A stretch of DNA of 64,000 bases from the NCBI GenBank assembly GCA_030390025.1, contig JASTWF010000121.1:62001-126000 (forward strand), written 5' to 3'. Positions 51,306 to 63,214 of this stretch are shown piece after piece. A program made the translations under genes and the position numbers. Every line of letters starts with the position of its first letter. Position 1 is the stretch's first letter. Origin of the DNA: Squalus acanthias (lineage: Eukaryota). The notes beneath the pieces were generated by a model. That model worked only from the letters and a program-made list of their open reading frames with translations, did no database searches and was not told where the DNA came from.

Positions 51306-52224
51306 TATGATGTTATAAACCTTGTTGTTTAGGTCTAAATGTTTGGGTAGCTGAGGAAATGACAAAGGCGCCCACAGAAATGGGAACAATTTATCTCATC
51401 AGTTTGTTTGGTTTATTCTGTGGTAGCCGTTGGTTCATGAATGGCAGCGTTGAAACAAACCCAGCATTTTAATTGAGCATCAGTGACTTTTCCTACCGAT
51501 CCATAAATGCAACTGGTTTTCAATTGGTTTGGATTTAATTGATGGGATATTTGAGGCAGTGAGCATGGTTAGCTTAGCAGGTAGTTCTTAATAAACACAA
51601 GCATTATTTGATGACACTTTCGAGGTGTAATACTTTTGACAAGTGTGACTTTCTGATGTGCATTAGATATAATTAAAGCAGTGGATCTTCCGTGGCATTG
51701 CTCCTGGTCTGTTGGATGACGTGCTGTTTTACAACAACAGAAATGTTGGACCGTTTGGTGCACAATGCATTATTCTGCTGCCGTGGTGGAGATTTGTTTA
51801 AGCTACAGTTTGCCTATAAAATCAGAAAATGTAATTGGTGTAAATCCCAAGATCAATTAAAGGTTAATTGTTGGTGAGAGAGGTGCTTGTAACCAACATG
51901 TAATGAGACTTATTCTTTTTATATATACTTTCAAAAGTGTGATATGTGAAGTCTGATGGACACATGGTAGACACAAGACTTCTGAAAGTCCATGGAACAC
52001 TGACAGCACCCATAAGGCCTATAGGCAAAATGCAGTAGCCTACACGATCAGAAAAGGATTCTACTCCATCGGTGTGCAGCTACTGCGTGATATCAATGCC
52101 ATGTCAGGCGGGACAACATCCCTTCCCAGGCAGCAGTCCCTGCTCTTTCACTTTAAGACAATTATCTGTGGCAGGTTTATTTGAAGGTGAAGGCATGTCT
52201 TTACTCTCAGTCCCTCTCCCTCCT

Positions 52225-52890
52225 TTCACAATCTTTGCCCTCATCTGCCTCCCTACCAGCCTCTGCATTTGCTACATCATCTTCTGTCATTTCCACCACC
52301 TACAGTATGATGCCACCAGCGAACATATCATCTCCTTCTCTCCTCTCTCCACTTTCCTTCTTGTTCACTGATCCTCCAGCCCAATTTTCAGCTGCTCCTT
52401 GACTGGCACCTTCCTGTGTAAGTGCAGGAGATCCGACACCTATCCATTCAACTCCTCCCACAACATCGTTCAGAGCTTGAAAGACTCCGAGGATGTTTTT
52501 GGGCAACACGGTGGCATAGTGGTTAGCACTGTTGCCTCACAGCGCCAGGGACCCGGGTTCGAATCCGGCCACGGGTGACTGTCTGTGTGGAGTTTGCACA
52601 TTCTCCCCGTGTCTGCGTGGGTTTCCTCCGGGTGCTCCGGTTTCCTCCACAGTCCAAAGATGTGCGGGTTAGGTTGAATTGGCTATGATAAATTGACCCT
52701 TAGTGTTAGGGGGGTTAAGTACGTGGGGTTACGGGGATAGGGTGGGATATGTGTCGGTGCAGGCTCGATGGGCCGAAATGGCCTCTATCTGCACTGTGGG
52801 GATTCTGTGATGTGAGATGCAGTTTATGTGTTCCTCCTCTATTCCAGGATACTGTATTTACTGCTCACACTGTGCTTTCCTTTACACAGA
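52225..52890 (+). mobile_element. Decayed Penelope-like element (linker and GIY-YIG start), interrupted by the HE1 SINE
   Basis: PTSL.I..II..HF.HL...  GTF.C..RR...P, then YCIYCSHCAFLY, matching the Penelope Cys-rich/GIY-YIG start. Confidence 0.6.
52501..52810 (+). mobile_element. HE1 SINE (V-SINE, tRNA-derived)
   Basis: A-box GTGGCATAGTGG, B-box GGTTCGAATCC and V-domain TGTGTGGAGTTTGCACATTCTCCCCGTGTCTGCGTGGGTTTCCTCCGGGTGCTCCGGTTTCC. Confidence 0.9.
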
Positions 52891-53679
52891 TTAGGTGACT
52901 GTTTTACCTGAGACCTCTATTCTATCTGCAGATTGTCTCCCTGTGGTCTGCTGCCTTTATTTCCTCTCCTATCCTCACTCCCTTTGGCTCAGCAAAGGTG
53001 TCTGTGCTTTCCTGGGCTCGACTCTACGCTCTGGAATTGCCTCCCTCGACCTCTCTACCTCTTTCTCCTTTTTTAGGACCCCCTTAAAACCCGTCTCTTT
53101 GACCAAGCTTTTGGTTAACTCTCTTAATACCTCCTTTGGCTTGGTGTCCATTTTTCCTTCTACCTCTGTCAAGCACCTTGGATGTTTTTCTATATTAAAG
53201 GCACTATATAAACACAAGTTGTTGACCTCTCCACCTTTGGCCTCTGATACTGTTCCAAATGAGTGCAACGTAAGCTTCAGAGTCAATATCTTAACTTTAT
53301 CCTGGAAACTCTTTAACCCTCTGGTCTGAATATTAATTTAGTAACCTCAAACTTTAGCTATATTCCCCCATTTTCTATGTGGTAGAGGGTGCCGGTGATG
53401 TGGGGTGGGTCTTTTAGTGTCAGAGGGCAGGAGAGGCGGGTTGGCATTTGGGGTGGAGAGCCGAGGGAAGATTTCCCCGTTCCTGTGCCTGGGCGTATTG
53501 AACCGCCTGGGCACAACGTGTGGAGAAAGATCGGTTGAGGAGGAGTGTAGGTCCGTAAGGAAGCCTGCCTGATGTTCCCTCCATTCATTTAATGGACAGG
53601 AGATTGGGTGGGCTCCCTCATGGGCGCGTGCTTCTCTCTCCCCTTGATTCAATATCCCAGGCATTGCAATACATCCAGG

Positions 53680-54060
53680 TGCAGAAACAGGGAGATCTAT
53701 CTCCTTTGTCAGAAGACTCAGCTGTTGCTGGAGTTTGTGGCCTTGGTGATGGTCTGTTTTTCCTCTCTACAGGACAGGCTGATCTACTGTATCTACCCAG
53801 TATCTTCTATTTTAATCATGGACCTGATCTGCAGGCTTTTTGTGTCTTTCTTTTCAACTCCCTCAATTTTCTTGCTTTCTCCCTCATGTGGACCTCTCGC
53901 TCTTTTAACGATTCACGTGTTCTTCGAATCTTTAATGCTTTCAACTTCTTTAATGTTTCTTCCGGTTGCCCAACTGAGATGATCTTTTTTACATCATCTA
54001 ACAATCTCCTGCTTTTCATTTCAGCAGCTTACGGATCATTCAACCTATTAACGCCATCTT
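53680..54060 (-). mobile_element. Probable L1/Tx1 LINE ORF2 remnant
   Basis: Lys/Glu-rich helix followed by a frameshifted QIRS.... ERKKQTITK, resembling the Tx1/L1 region between endonuclease and RT. Confidence 0.4.
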
Positions 54061-54127
54061 TGTGCTTGGAGTTTCTCCTCCTTGTGTCCTGATTCTGTTG
54101 AAATGCTCGCTGATCTTTCAGCTGGCC

Positions 54128-54240
54128 GTTCTGAAGCAGGGCGTTGCCTGAAATGTTGACCTGTCTTCACTCTCTACAGATGCTGACTGACCGGCTGTGC
54201 TTCCATCAACTTCTGTTTTTTTGTTTCAGATTTACAACAT
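54128..54240 (+). mobile_element. Penelope-like terminal sequence with a degenerate hammerhead core
   Basis: GTT-CTGAAGC-AGGGCGTTGCCT-GAAAT-GTT-GAC followed by the shared terminal sequence. Confidence 0.55.
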
Positions 54241-54404
54241 TGGGGCCCTGAAATTCTGTGGAGCTTCTTCCTGTTTCCTGCCATGACCTCAGTGGGAGAT
54301 CGGCAGAAACTCTGTCACAATGTGCAGTCATTTACACCATTTCTCCATAGGTTACAGCGGGAAACTGGTAGAACCCCATCAGAATTTCCAGGCCTTTTTA
54401 TGAA

Positions 54405-56050
54405 CATACTTTTCAAAACTCCCTGGATTCCGCTAAGGTCCCGGCAGACTGGAAAACTGCTAATGTAACACCCTTATTTAAAAAGGGCAGTAGACAGAAG
54501 GCTGGTAACTATAGACCGGTTAGCCTAACATCTGTGGTAGGTAAAATTTTGGAGTCCATTATTAAGGAAACAGTAACAGGACATTTGGATAATCATAATT
54601 TAATAGGACAAAGTCAGCATGGTTTTACGAAGGGGAAGTCATGTTTGACAAATTTGCTGGAGTTCTTTGAGGAAGTAACATATAGAGTGGATAAAGGGGA
54701 ACCAGTGGACGTAGTGTATTTAGACTTCCAAAAGGCATTTGACAAGGTGCCACACAAAAGATTATTGCTTAAGGTAAAAAATCACGGGATTGGGGGTAAT
54801 ATTCTGGCATGGATAGAGGATTGGCTATCTAACAGAAAGCAAAGAGTTGGGATAAATGGTTAATTCTCAGACTGGCAATCAGTAACTAGTGGTGTTCCAC
54901 AGGGGTCAGTGCTGGGTCCCCAACTCTTCACAATCTATATTAACGATTTGGAGGAAGGGACCAAGTGTAACATATCAAAATTTGCAGATGATACAAAGAT
55001 GGGAGGGAAAGTAGTGAGTGAGGAGGACATAAAAAACCTGCAAGGGGACATAGACAGGCTAAGTAAGTGGGCAGAGATTTGGCAGATGGAATACAACACT
55101 GGAAAGTGTGAGGTGATGCACTTTGGCAGGAAAAATCCTAGAGCAATTTATTATCTTAATGGCAAGAAACTGGAGAGTACTGAAGTGCAAAGGGATCTGG
55201 GGGTCCTGGTGCACGAAACTCAAAAGGTTAGTATGCAGGTGCAGCAAGTGATTAAGAAGGCAAATGGAATGTTGGCTTTCATTGCTAGGGGGATAGAATA
55301 TAAAAATAGGGAGGTATTGCTTCAGTTGTACAAGGTATTGGTGAGACCGCACCTGGAATACTGCATACAGTTTTGGTGTCCTTACTTAAGGAAAGACATC
55401 CTTGCTCTCGAGGCAGTGCAAAAAAGGTTCACTCGGTTAATCCCGGGGATGAGGGGGTGGTCATATGAGGAGAGGTTGGGTAGATTGGGACTCTACTCAT
55501 TGGAGTTCAGAAGAATGAGAGGCGATCTTATTGAAACATGTAAGATTGTGAAGGGGTTGGATCGGGTGGATGCGGGGAGGATGTTCCCGATGACGGGTGA
55601 GACGAGAACTAGGGGACATAGTCTTAGAATAAGGGGCTGCTCTTTCAAAACTGAGATGAGGAGGAACTACTTCACTCAGAGGGTGGTAGGTCCATGGAAT
55701 ATGCTGCCACAAAAAGCTGTAGAAGCTACAACATTAATTAAATTTAAAACAGAAATAGACAGTTTCCTGGAAGTAAAGGGCATTAAGGGTTACGGGGAGC
55801 GGGCAGGAATTTGGACATGAGTCTAGGTTCGGATCGGTCATGGCCCTGTGGGTAGTGGAGCGGGCCCAGGGACTGTGTAGCCTGATTCTGCTCCTATTTC
55901 GTGTGTGCAATTCTGTTAGATGCAGGAGATGGTTCTGTGATAGATAGTAGATTGGCGGTTAGGATCAGATCAGCCATGATCTTATTGAATGGCGGAGCAG
56001 GCTCGAGGGGCCGATTGGCCTACTCCTGCTCCTATTTCTTATGTTCTTAT
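54405..56050 (+). mobile_element. CR1 LINE 3' half plus an extra CR1 tail
   Basis: FADDTK RT ORF at 54909-55820. Confidence 0.92.
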
Positions 56051-56214
56051 ACGTTATAATGTTAGCTCCACAGCTCTTGCATTGTAATATACTCGGGGCT
56101 ATAGTCACAGGAAATTTGAAAAACACATCAAGTGACACAGAAGGGCCCAGCCTGCAGCACAATGTGTGTCAGTAAAGCAACGTGCATCATGCAGCTTGGT
56201 TGTGTTCGAAGGAA

Positions 56215-59165
56215 TTAGAGTCGAATCATAGGATGGTTACAGCACATTAGGCCCGTCGAGCCCGTGCCGGCTCTCTGCAAGAGCACTTCAGCTAGTCCCA
56301 CTCCCCCACCCTTTCCCCGTAGCCCGGCAATTTGTTTTCCTTTGGTATTTATCCAATTCCCTTTTGAAAGCCACGATTGAGTCTGCCTCCACCACCCTTT
56401 CAGGCAGTGCATTCCAGATAATAACCACTCGCTGCATAAAAAAGTTTTTCCTCATGTCGCCTTTGGTTCTTCTGTCAATCACCTTAAATCTGTGTCCTCT
56501 GGTTCTCAACCCTTCTGCCAATGGGAACAGTTTCTCTCTATCTACTCTGTCTCGACCCCTCATGATTTTGAACACCTCTATCAAATCTCCTCTCAACCTT
56601 CTCTGCTTTAAGGAGAACAACCCCAGCTTCTCAGTGTGGCATAAGAATAAAACAAAAAGGGTGACTCAACCGTGGCTAACAAGGGAAATTAGGGATAGCA
56701 TAAGATCCAAGGAGAGGGCATATAAATTGGCCAGAAAAAGCGGTAGCCCTGAGGATTGGGAACAGTTTAGGATTCAACAAAGGAGGACAAAGGGATTAAT
56801 TAAGAAGGGGAAAATAGAATATGAAAGTAAGCTTGCTGGGAACATAAAAACTGACTGTAAGAGCTTTTATAGATATGTGAAGAGAAAAAGATTAGTGAAA
56901 TCAAGTGTAGGTCCCTTACAGTCAGAAGCGGGGGAAGTTATAATGGGGAACAAAGAAATGGCAGCCCAATTAAATGCATATTTTGGTTCTGTCTTCACAA
57001 AGGAGGACACAAATAACCTCCCAGAGATGTTGGAGAACATACGGTCTGATGAAAGGGAGGAACTGAAAGAAATCAGTATTTGCAGGGAAATGGTGTTAGG
57101 GAAATTGACGGTATTGAAGGCCGATAAATCCCCAGGGCCTGATAATCTACATCCTAGGGTACTTAAGGAAGTGGCCCTAGAAATAATAGATGCATTGCTG
57201 ATCATCTTCCAACATTCGATGGAATCTGGAACTGTACCCATGGATTGGAGGGTAGCTAATGTTACCCCACTATTCAAAAAGGGTGGTAGAGAGAAAGCGG
57301 GGAATTACAGACCGGTAAGCCTGACATTGGTAGTGGGGAAAATGCTAGAGTCCATTATAAAGGATGTAATAGCTGAGCATTTGAAAAACAATGACAGGAT
57401 CGGACAAAGTCAACATGGATTTACAAAAGGTAAATCGTGCTTGACTAATCTACTGGAATTTTTTGAGGATGTAACTGGGAAAATAGATAAGGGAGAACCA
57501 GTAGATGTGGTGTATTTGGACTTTCAAAAGGCTTTCGATAAGGTCCCGCTTAAGAGATTAGCGGGTAAAGTTAAGGCACATGGGATTGGGGGCAAGGTAT
57601 TGACTTGGATAGAGAACTGGTTGGCGGACAGAAAGCAGAGAGTAGGAATTAATGGGTCTTTTTCCGAGTGGCAAGCAGTGACTAGTGGGGTACTGCGGGG
57701 ATCGGTCCTTGGACCCGAGCTATTCACAATATACATTAATGATCTAGATAAGGGAATTAAATGTAATATCTCCAAGTTTGCAGATGACACAAAGCTGGGT
57801 GGGAGTGTGTGCAGCGAGGAGGATAGCGAGAAACTCCAGGATGATCTGGACAGTTGAGTGAGTGGGCAGAAGCGTGGCAGATGCAATATAACGTGGATAA
57901 GTGCGAGGTTATCCACTTTGGTGTCAAAAACAGAAAGGCAGACTATTATCTGAATGGCAATAGATTGGGAGAAGGGGAAGTGCAACGAGACCTGGGTGTC
58001 CTTGTGCACCAGTCGCTGAAAGTAAGCATGCAGGTGCAGCAGGCGGTGAAGAAGGCAAATGGTATGTCGGCCTTCATAGCGAAAGGGTTTGAGTATAGGA
58101 ACAGGGATGTCCTGCTGCAGTTGTACAGGGCCTTGGTGAGACCACACCTTGAGTACTGTGTGCAGTTTTGGTCGCCTTATCTGAGGAAGGATGTTCTTGC
58201 CATGGAAGGAGTTCAGCGAAGATTCACAAGGCTGATACCTGGGATGGCAGGAATGACATATGAGGAGAGATTGGGTCGATTGGGCTTATACTCACTGGAG
58301 TATAGAAGAATGAGAGGGGATCTCATCGAAACATATAAAATTCTGACAGGTCTGGACAAACTAGATGCAGGAAGAATGTTCCCGATGGTCGGAGAGTCCA
58401 GAACCAGGGGTCATAATCTACGGATAACGGGTAAACCATTTAGGACAGAAATGAGGAAGAATTTCTTCACCCAGAGAGTGGTGAACCTGTGGAATTCTCT
58501 ACCACAGAAGGTAGTTGAGGTGAAGTCATTAAATATATTCAAGGATGAGTTAGATATATTTCTTAAAGCTAAAGGTATCAAGGGATATGGGGAGAAGGCA
58601 GGTACAGGTTACTGAGTTTAGATGATCAGCCATGATCTCATCGAATGGCGGAGCAGGCTTGAGGGGCTGAATGGCCTACTCCTGCTCCTATCTCCTATCT
58701 TCTATGTTTCTATGTTTCTCCAGTCTGTCCACGTAACTGAAATCCCTCATCCTTGGAACCATTCTTGTAAATCTTTTCTGCACCCTCTCTAAGGGCTTCA
58801 CATCCTTCCTAAAGTGTAGTGCCCAGAATACTTCAGTTGAGGTTAAACCAGTGTTTTATAAAAGTTCATCATAACTTCCTTGTTTTTGTACTCTCTGCCT
58901 CTATTTATGAAGCCCAGGATCCTGTATGCTTTTTGAACCGCTTTATCAACCTGCCTTGCACCTTCAATGATTTGTGCACATATACCCCCAGGTCTCTCTG
59001 TTCATGCAGCCCCTTTAGGATGGTACCCTTTAGTTTATATTGCCTGTCCTCGTTCTTCCTATCAAAATGTATCACTTTGCACTTTTCTGCATTAAATTTC
59101 ATCTTCCACCTCTCCGTCCATTCCACCAGCCTGTCTATGTCTTCTTGAAGTCTATCACTATCCTA
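56215..59165 (-). mobile_element. CR1 3' part (-), split at about 56633-58716 by a younger + strand CR1
   Basis: CCCCAGCTTCTC resumes as TCCAGTCTGTCCACG after the nested copy. Confidence 0.85.
56633..58716 (+). mobile_element. CR1 LINE, 5'-truncated, RT nearly intact (one frameshift near 57855)
   Basis: Full set of RT motifs and a TTCTATGT tail. Confidence 0.95.
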
Positions 59166-59275
59166 CTTATGCCTAGTTATGTGCGTATGCAGTAAACATT
59201 GAAAGGGCTGTGAGGCTGTAGGAATGTTTGTTTGGGACAGCCATGAAAGAATAGCAGGTTTTGAGGAAACCCCTT

Positions 59276-59452
59276 GGGGTGGATCTTGACTTTGTGCGAT
59301 TGTGTAAACCGGGTGATCGTGAGTCGGGAGCACGTTCTACATCTCTCCCGGTTTTTATTTCTATTGGGATCAATAATCGGGAGAGATGTAGAACGGGCTG
59401 CCGACTCGCGATCACCCGTTTTACACAATCGCACAAAGTCAAGATCTACCCC
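59276..59452. mobile_element. Palindromic Harbinger-type MITE (177 bp)
   Basis: About 80-bp inverted arms with few mismatches, GGGGT(G/A)GATC termini, 3-bp TSD CTT. Confidence 0.9.
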
Positions 59453-59499
59453 CTTGTGACAGACCTGGCTTAAGAACACTGCTGTGCAGCCTTATCTCC

Positions 59500-60382
59500 A
59501 CGGTTTGCTTCAGATCGCTCTTACTGGTCGGTTCAGTGGCAAATGAACTTTAACAGAGATAAATGTGAGGTGATGCACTTTGGTAGGAAAAATAGAAACA
59601 TCACCGACACCTTAGACAATAAGAAACTGAATGGGGTGGAAGAGCAAAGGGATCTCGGGATACAGGGGAACAAATCATTAAAAGCAGCATCGCAGGTCAG
59701 CAGAGCAATTCAAAATGCTAACAAAGCACGGGGATTTATTTCTAGGGGTATCGAATTCAAAAGTAGAGAAGTTACGATAAACTAATACAGGACCCTGGTC
59801 AGGCCACACTTGGAGTACTGCGCACAGTTCAGGTCTCCAGACTATAAAAAGGACACAGAAGCACAGGAGAAAGTGTGAAGAAGATTTACAAGGATAGTAC
59901 CGGAACAGAGAGATTACAGCTATCGGGAAAGATTGAACAGTTTGAGACTTTTTTCTTTAGGTGACCTGATAGAGGTCTTTAAAATTCTGAATGGGTTGGA
60001 CAGGGTAGATGTGGAGAGATGTTTCCACTTGTGGGAGAATCTAAAACCAGGGGCCATAAATACAAGATAGTTATGAATAAATCCAATGGGGAAATGAGGA
60101 GAAATGTCTTTACTCAGAGGCTGGTTAGAATGTGGAACTCATTACCACAGGAAGTGGTTGGGGCGAATAGCTTAGTTGCTTTTAAAAGGAAACTAGACGA
60201 GTACATGAGAGAAAAGGGAGGAGAAAGATCTGCTGAAAGGCTGAGATGAGGTCGATAGAATGGGAGGAGTCTCGTGTGGAGTATAAAGACCAGCACAGAC
60301 TAGTTGGGCCGAATGGTCAGTTTCTGTGCGGTATATTCCATGTAATTCGATGTAATATTTGCTGACAATCTGCTGCAAGTTG
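59500..60382 (+). pseudogene. Probable leader exon of VJ gene B, split by CR1 (halves 59500-59535 and 60355-60382), start codon ACG
   Basis: Removing the CR1 gives (M/T)VCFRSLLLVGSIFADNLLQV-G|GTAAGA, phase 1, 533 nt upstream of the VJ exon. Confidence 0.5.
59535..60355 (+). mobile_element. CR1 3' fragment
   Basis: WQMNFN..KC.VMHFG motif through to an ATTC(C/G)ATGTA tail. Confidence 0.9.
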
Positions 60383-60915
60383 GTAAGAGCATTCATCGTG
60401 TCAGTTAATTCCCACAAGGCCCATTACACCAGTCTTTTTAGGGAAGGGGCTCCACGATGTGACAGAGGATGGAGTTCCTTCCCTCACTTTATCCAACGTG
60501 AGTTTCAGTGCAGCATCAGTAATTCTGGCCGTGTGTGGTCAAGAAGCGACTGCTGTGCAGCAACTTTGAAGCTTTAAAGCCCTTCCTTTATGCTGCAGGT
60601 GAGAATGCAGCTGTTTAAATGTCTGCTCGAGCTCTTTGAATAAGTGCCAGCTGTGAACGTTGTGCAAATGCTCCTTTAGACAGCCCGTTCTGTGGGCAGG
60701 AACTTGCACTGAACGGATAATATATGCCGATCGCAGTGCATTCAGCAGATGCACTTGTATCACATCACCCACTCCCAAGGTGCAGGCAAACAGGGTTTCC
60801 ATGCTCTAAGGTTCAGTTCACCTTCAGCACATCATCATTTTAAGCAGGTGAAGGTTTTATAAAATGTTGTGCTTCAAGTTGTATTATTATTATTGGTTCT
60901 TTTCAATATTAACAG

Positions 60916-61263
60916 GTCCATTGGCTGATCCGGTCCTTATTCAGGATCCAACAGTCAGCAAGGTATCAGTGGGTGAAACCGTCCAGTTACAATGTGCCAT
61001 GTACAATGCCAGTGTGAGTGACACTGATGTCCACTGGCACTACCAGCGACCTGGGAACAACAGCGAGTGGGTGATGAGCCAGTTTGTGAATGACACCATT
61101 ACCAGGTCCCGGGGTTTCCACGACCGTTTTCAGCCTTCCAGGAACGTCACCAGTAACAGTTACATTCTGACCATCGTGAATGTGTCCCTCAGTGATACTG
61201 CTGCCTACAGCTGTGGTGTGTGGAGCTACATCTATGGAGCAGGGACCCAGCTCAATGTAACCG
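60916..61263 (+). CDS. Germline-joined VJ Ig-domain exon (paralog B), open reading frame
   Basis: AACAG|GT acceptor, G|GTAAGT donor, 348 nt. It encodes PLADPVLIQDP...LQC...VHW...DRFQPSR....SYILTI.....DTAAYSCGVWSYIYGAGTQLNVT with the canonical C, W, L, D-x-A-x-Y-x-C and YGxGT J motif. Confidence 0.93.
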
Positions 61264-61544
61264 GTAAGTCAATGTTAGCTAACACTGGCAGGGTCTCAGT
61301 AACAGCACCGTATTGAGTATAAGAACACGAAAGCTATGGGATGAGACAAGGCCATTTGGACACTGAGCTCTGTCCTTCCAACAGCAATGCCCAGTTTGTC
61401 CAGTCACAGACTCGCCTCCATTCATTTACTGTAAGTTGGCAGATAACCACAGGGAACACTTGTAAAGAAATGTCCTCCCAACCATCCCCACAGCAACTGC
61501 GCAAAAACACTACGACAGGGAAACAGTCCAATGAGATTCAATCT

Positions 61545-61640
61545 TTAAAATAAAATAATGCAAATGTTGGAAAGCCGAAATAAAACAGAAAATGCTAGAA
61601 ATACATAACAGGCCGATGCCCATCTGTACAGAGAAAGGCC
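61545..61640. mobile_element. Old Penelope-like terminal fragment
   Basis: Diverged copy of the AAATAAAAACAGAAAATGCTGGAAATAC motif. Confidence 0.5.
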
Positions 61641-62772
61641 GGGCTCATGTTTTGGGCTTATAGCCTGAATAAACTGGGGAAAAACAGCCCCTTTTAGACT
61701 CAACAAGATGAAGTGGGGAACGGGGCAGAGAGAAGAGCTGAAAGACAACAGGCCTCACAAAGAGGCAGCTGATTGGTTCAGTGACCCGCCAATAGGTTTA
61801 TAATAAGGCTGGAAAGAGGTGTCAACAGGTCGATGATAGACGGAGATCATCTCCAGGAGGCAACAAGGAGGGATTAACACAGGAAAAGGATGTGAAAATA
61901 GCTCCATGTGAAAAGGTACTGGGAATATACACAGCAAATAAACTCCAGAATCAAGTGGACAGAGGTGGAAAACATGGAAAGAGAAATGGGAGAATAACAA
62001 GAGAAAATAGTCTGAATCACATTTACCCGCCCATTTCCCATCTCCCTCCTCCCCTTTTCCGATATCCACCTAATTCCAATCTAATCTTGAATGTTGACAT
62101 AGTTTCTGCCACAACTGCTAACTGTGCAAGTGAATTCCAAGCCTCAGGACTTTAAATCCCAAGAAGCTATAGTTCCTGTCGCCACTGGCGAAGGTGGCCA
62201 TTCCCTGGCAGCTTGCCAGCCTGAGCCCACCGCCTACGATGCAAGTGAGCTGCCCGGTGTGGGCATGGAACAGCAGGGAGTGCACGGCCACTGGGCTACT
62301 GTCAGCGGAATGGCAGAGAGCAAATCCAGGCCACTGTTCCCAAAGATTATGTTGAACTTGGTTGGAACAGGTTAGGAGGTCAAAGATGGAGAGGTCTGAG
62401 TGAGAAAGAGAAGAGGTTGAACAGCAAGCGGATTGAGATAATGCCTTTCACGTAAAGTGCTTCCCAGGTCACAGAGATATGAGGAAAAGAATGGTTCCCA
62501 AGCCAGGGAGGGTTGGGGAACGTGGGCCGGCAGCGAGCCGGAGTTGTGTGGCGGAGCAAGGAGGATCATTCCTGCTCCTTCCGACTCCACAAAAACAACA
62601 TTTGGGAAGTTCTGGGGCTTTTTGAGGCCTTTTGTTGAGCGGTGTCCTGCGATCCCTTTAGCCTTGGCCCAAACTGCCATGTAGATCAGGCGAGGGCCTC
62701 TGCGCTGCTCAATTGGGTGTCTTTGCGCCTGTTTTAGGCCCATAAAATGGACACGACAATGTTAAAGTAAGA

Positions 62773-62868
62773 AATAACAACAGAAAATGCTGGAAACACT
62801 CAGCAGGTCAGGCAGCATCGTGGAGAGAGAAACAGAGTTAACGTTTCGGGTCGATGACCCTTCGTCAG
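62773..62868 (-). mobile_element. 96-bp Penelope-derived insertion with a 15-bp TSD
   Basis: AATGTTAAAGTAAGA duplicated at 62758-62772 and 62869-62883. Confidence 0.85.
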
Positions 62869-62870
62869 AA
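62836..62870 (-). ncRNA. Minimal type-I hammerhead ribozyme motif (Penelope type)
   Basis: The - strand reads UU-CUGACGA-A-GGGUC(AUC)GACCC-GAAAC-GUU-AACU: intact core, 5-bp stem II, palindromic stem III. Confidence 0.65.
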
Positions 62871-62939
62871 TGTTAAAGTAAGACCCCATTATATCTGATG
62901 GACCTGACACTCAAGGCTGTTAACTTGCCAGATATAAAG

Positions 62940-63116
62940 GGGGCAATTTTAAGCGAACCCGCCCGTTGGACACTGATGGACTCGGGTGCAATACTGGTTT
63001 TAAAACCCGCCCGATTTTACTGTCCATTGAAGAATAATATTGGGTGGAGAGTAAAACTGACTTTCCATCCGATCCCGTCAGTGTCCCGACTGGTCAGTTC
63101 GGATAAAATTACGCCC
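62940..63116. mobile_element. Palindromic MITE (Harbinger-like)
   Basis: Imperfect inverted arms, probable TSD AAG; related to 17486-17663. Confidence 0.7.
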
Positions 63117-63214
63117 AAGGACTCTAATCTAAACTAACTCTGCTGGTTTTCTGTCAATCTTGGACATTGAGCTTACTGAAGCTGCCGTGTGTGTAACGTT
63201 CTGATATTTTACAG

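Noticed and set aside
51380-51422. MGTIYLISLFGLFC-G as the leader for VJ-B
   Set aside because: Hydrophobic, but the donor GTAGCC is poor and it is 9.5 kb away; the split exon at 59500-60382 fits better. Not fully excluded.
52501-52575. tRNA gene
   Set aside because: It is the tRNA-derived head of an HE1 SINE.
56364-57857. 497-aa ORF as a novel RT fusion
   Set aside because: Chance read-through from an antisense CR1 into a nested sense CR1.
60916-61263. Calling the VJ exons germline-joined Ig lambda light-chain genes
   Set aside because: No CL exon seen; an in-phase TM exon follows, the V is heavily glycosylated and CDR3 is very short. No gene symbol assigned.
60864-61316. ORF-track N- and C-termini of the V protein (MLCFKLYYYYWFF..., KSMLANT...)
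   Set aside because: Intronic read-through; splice sites define the exon as 60916-61263.
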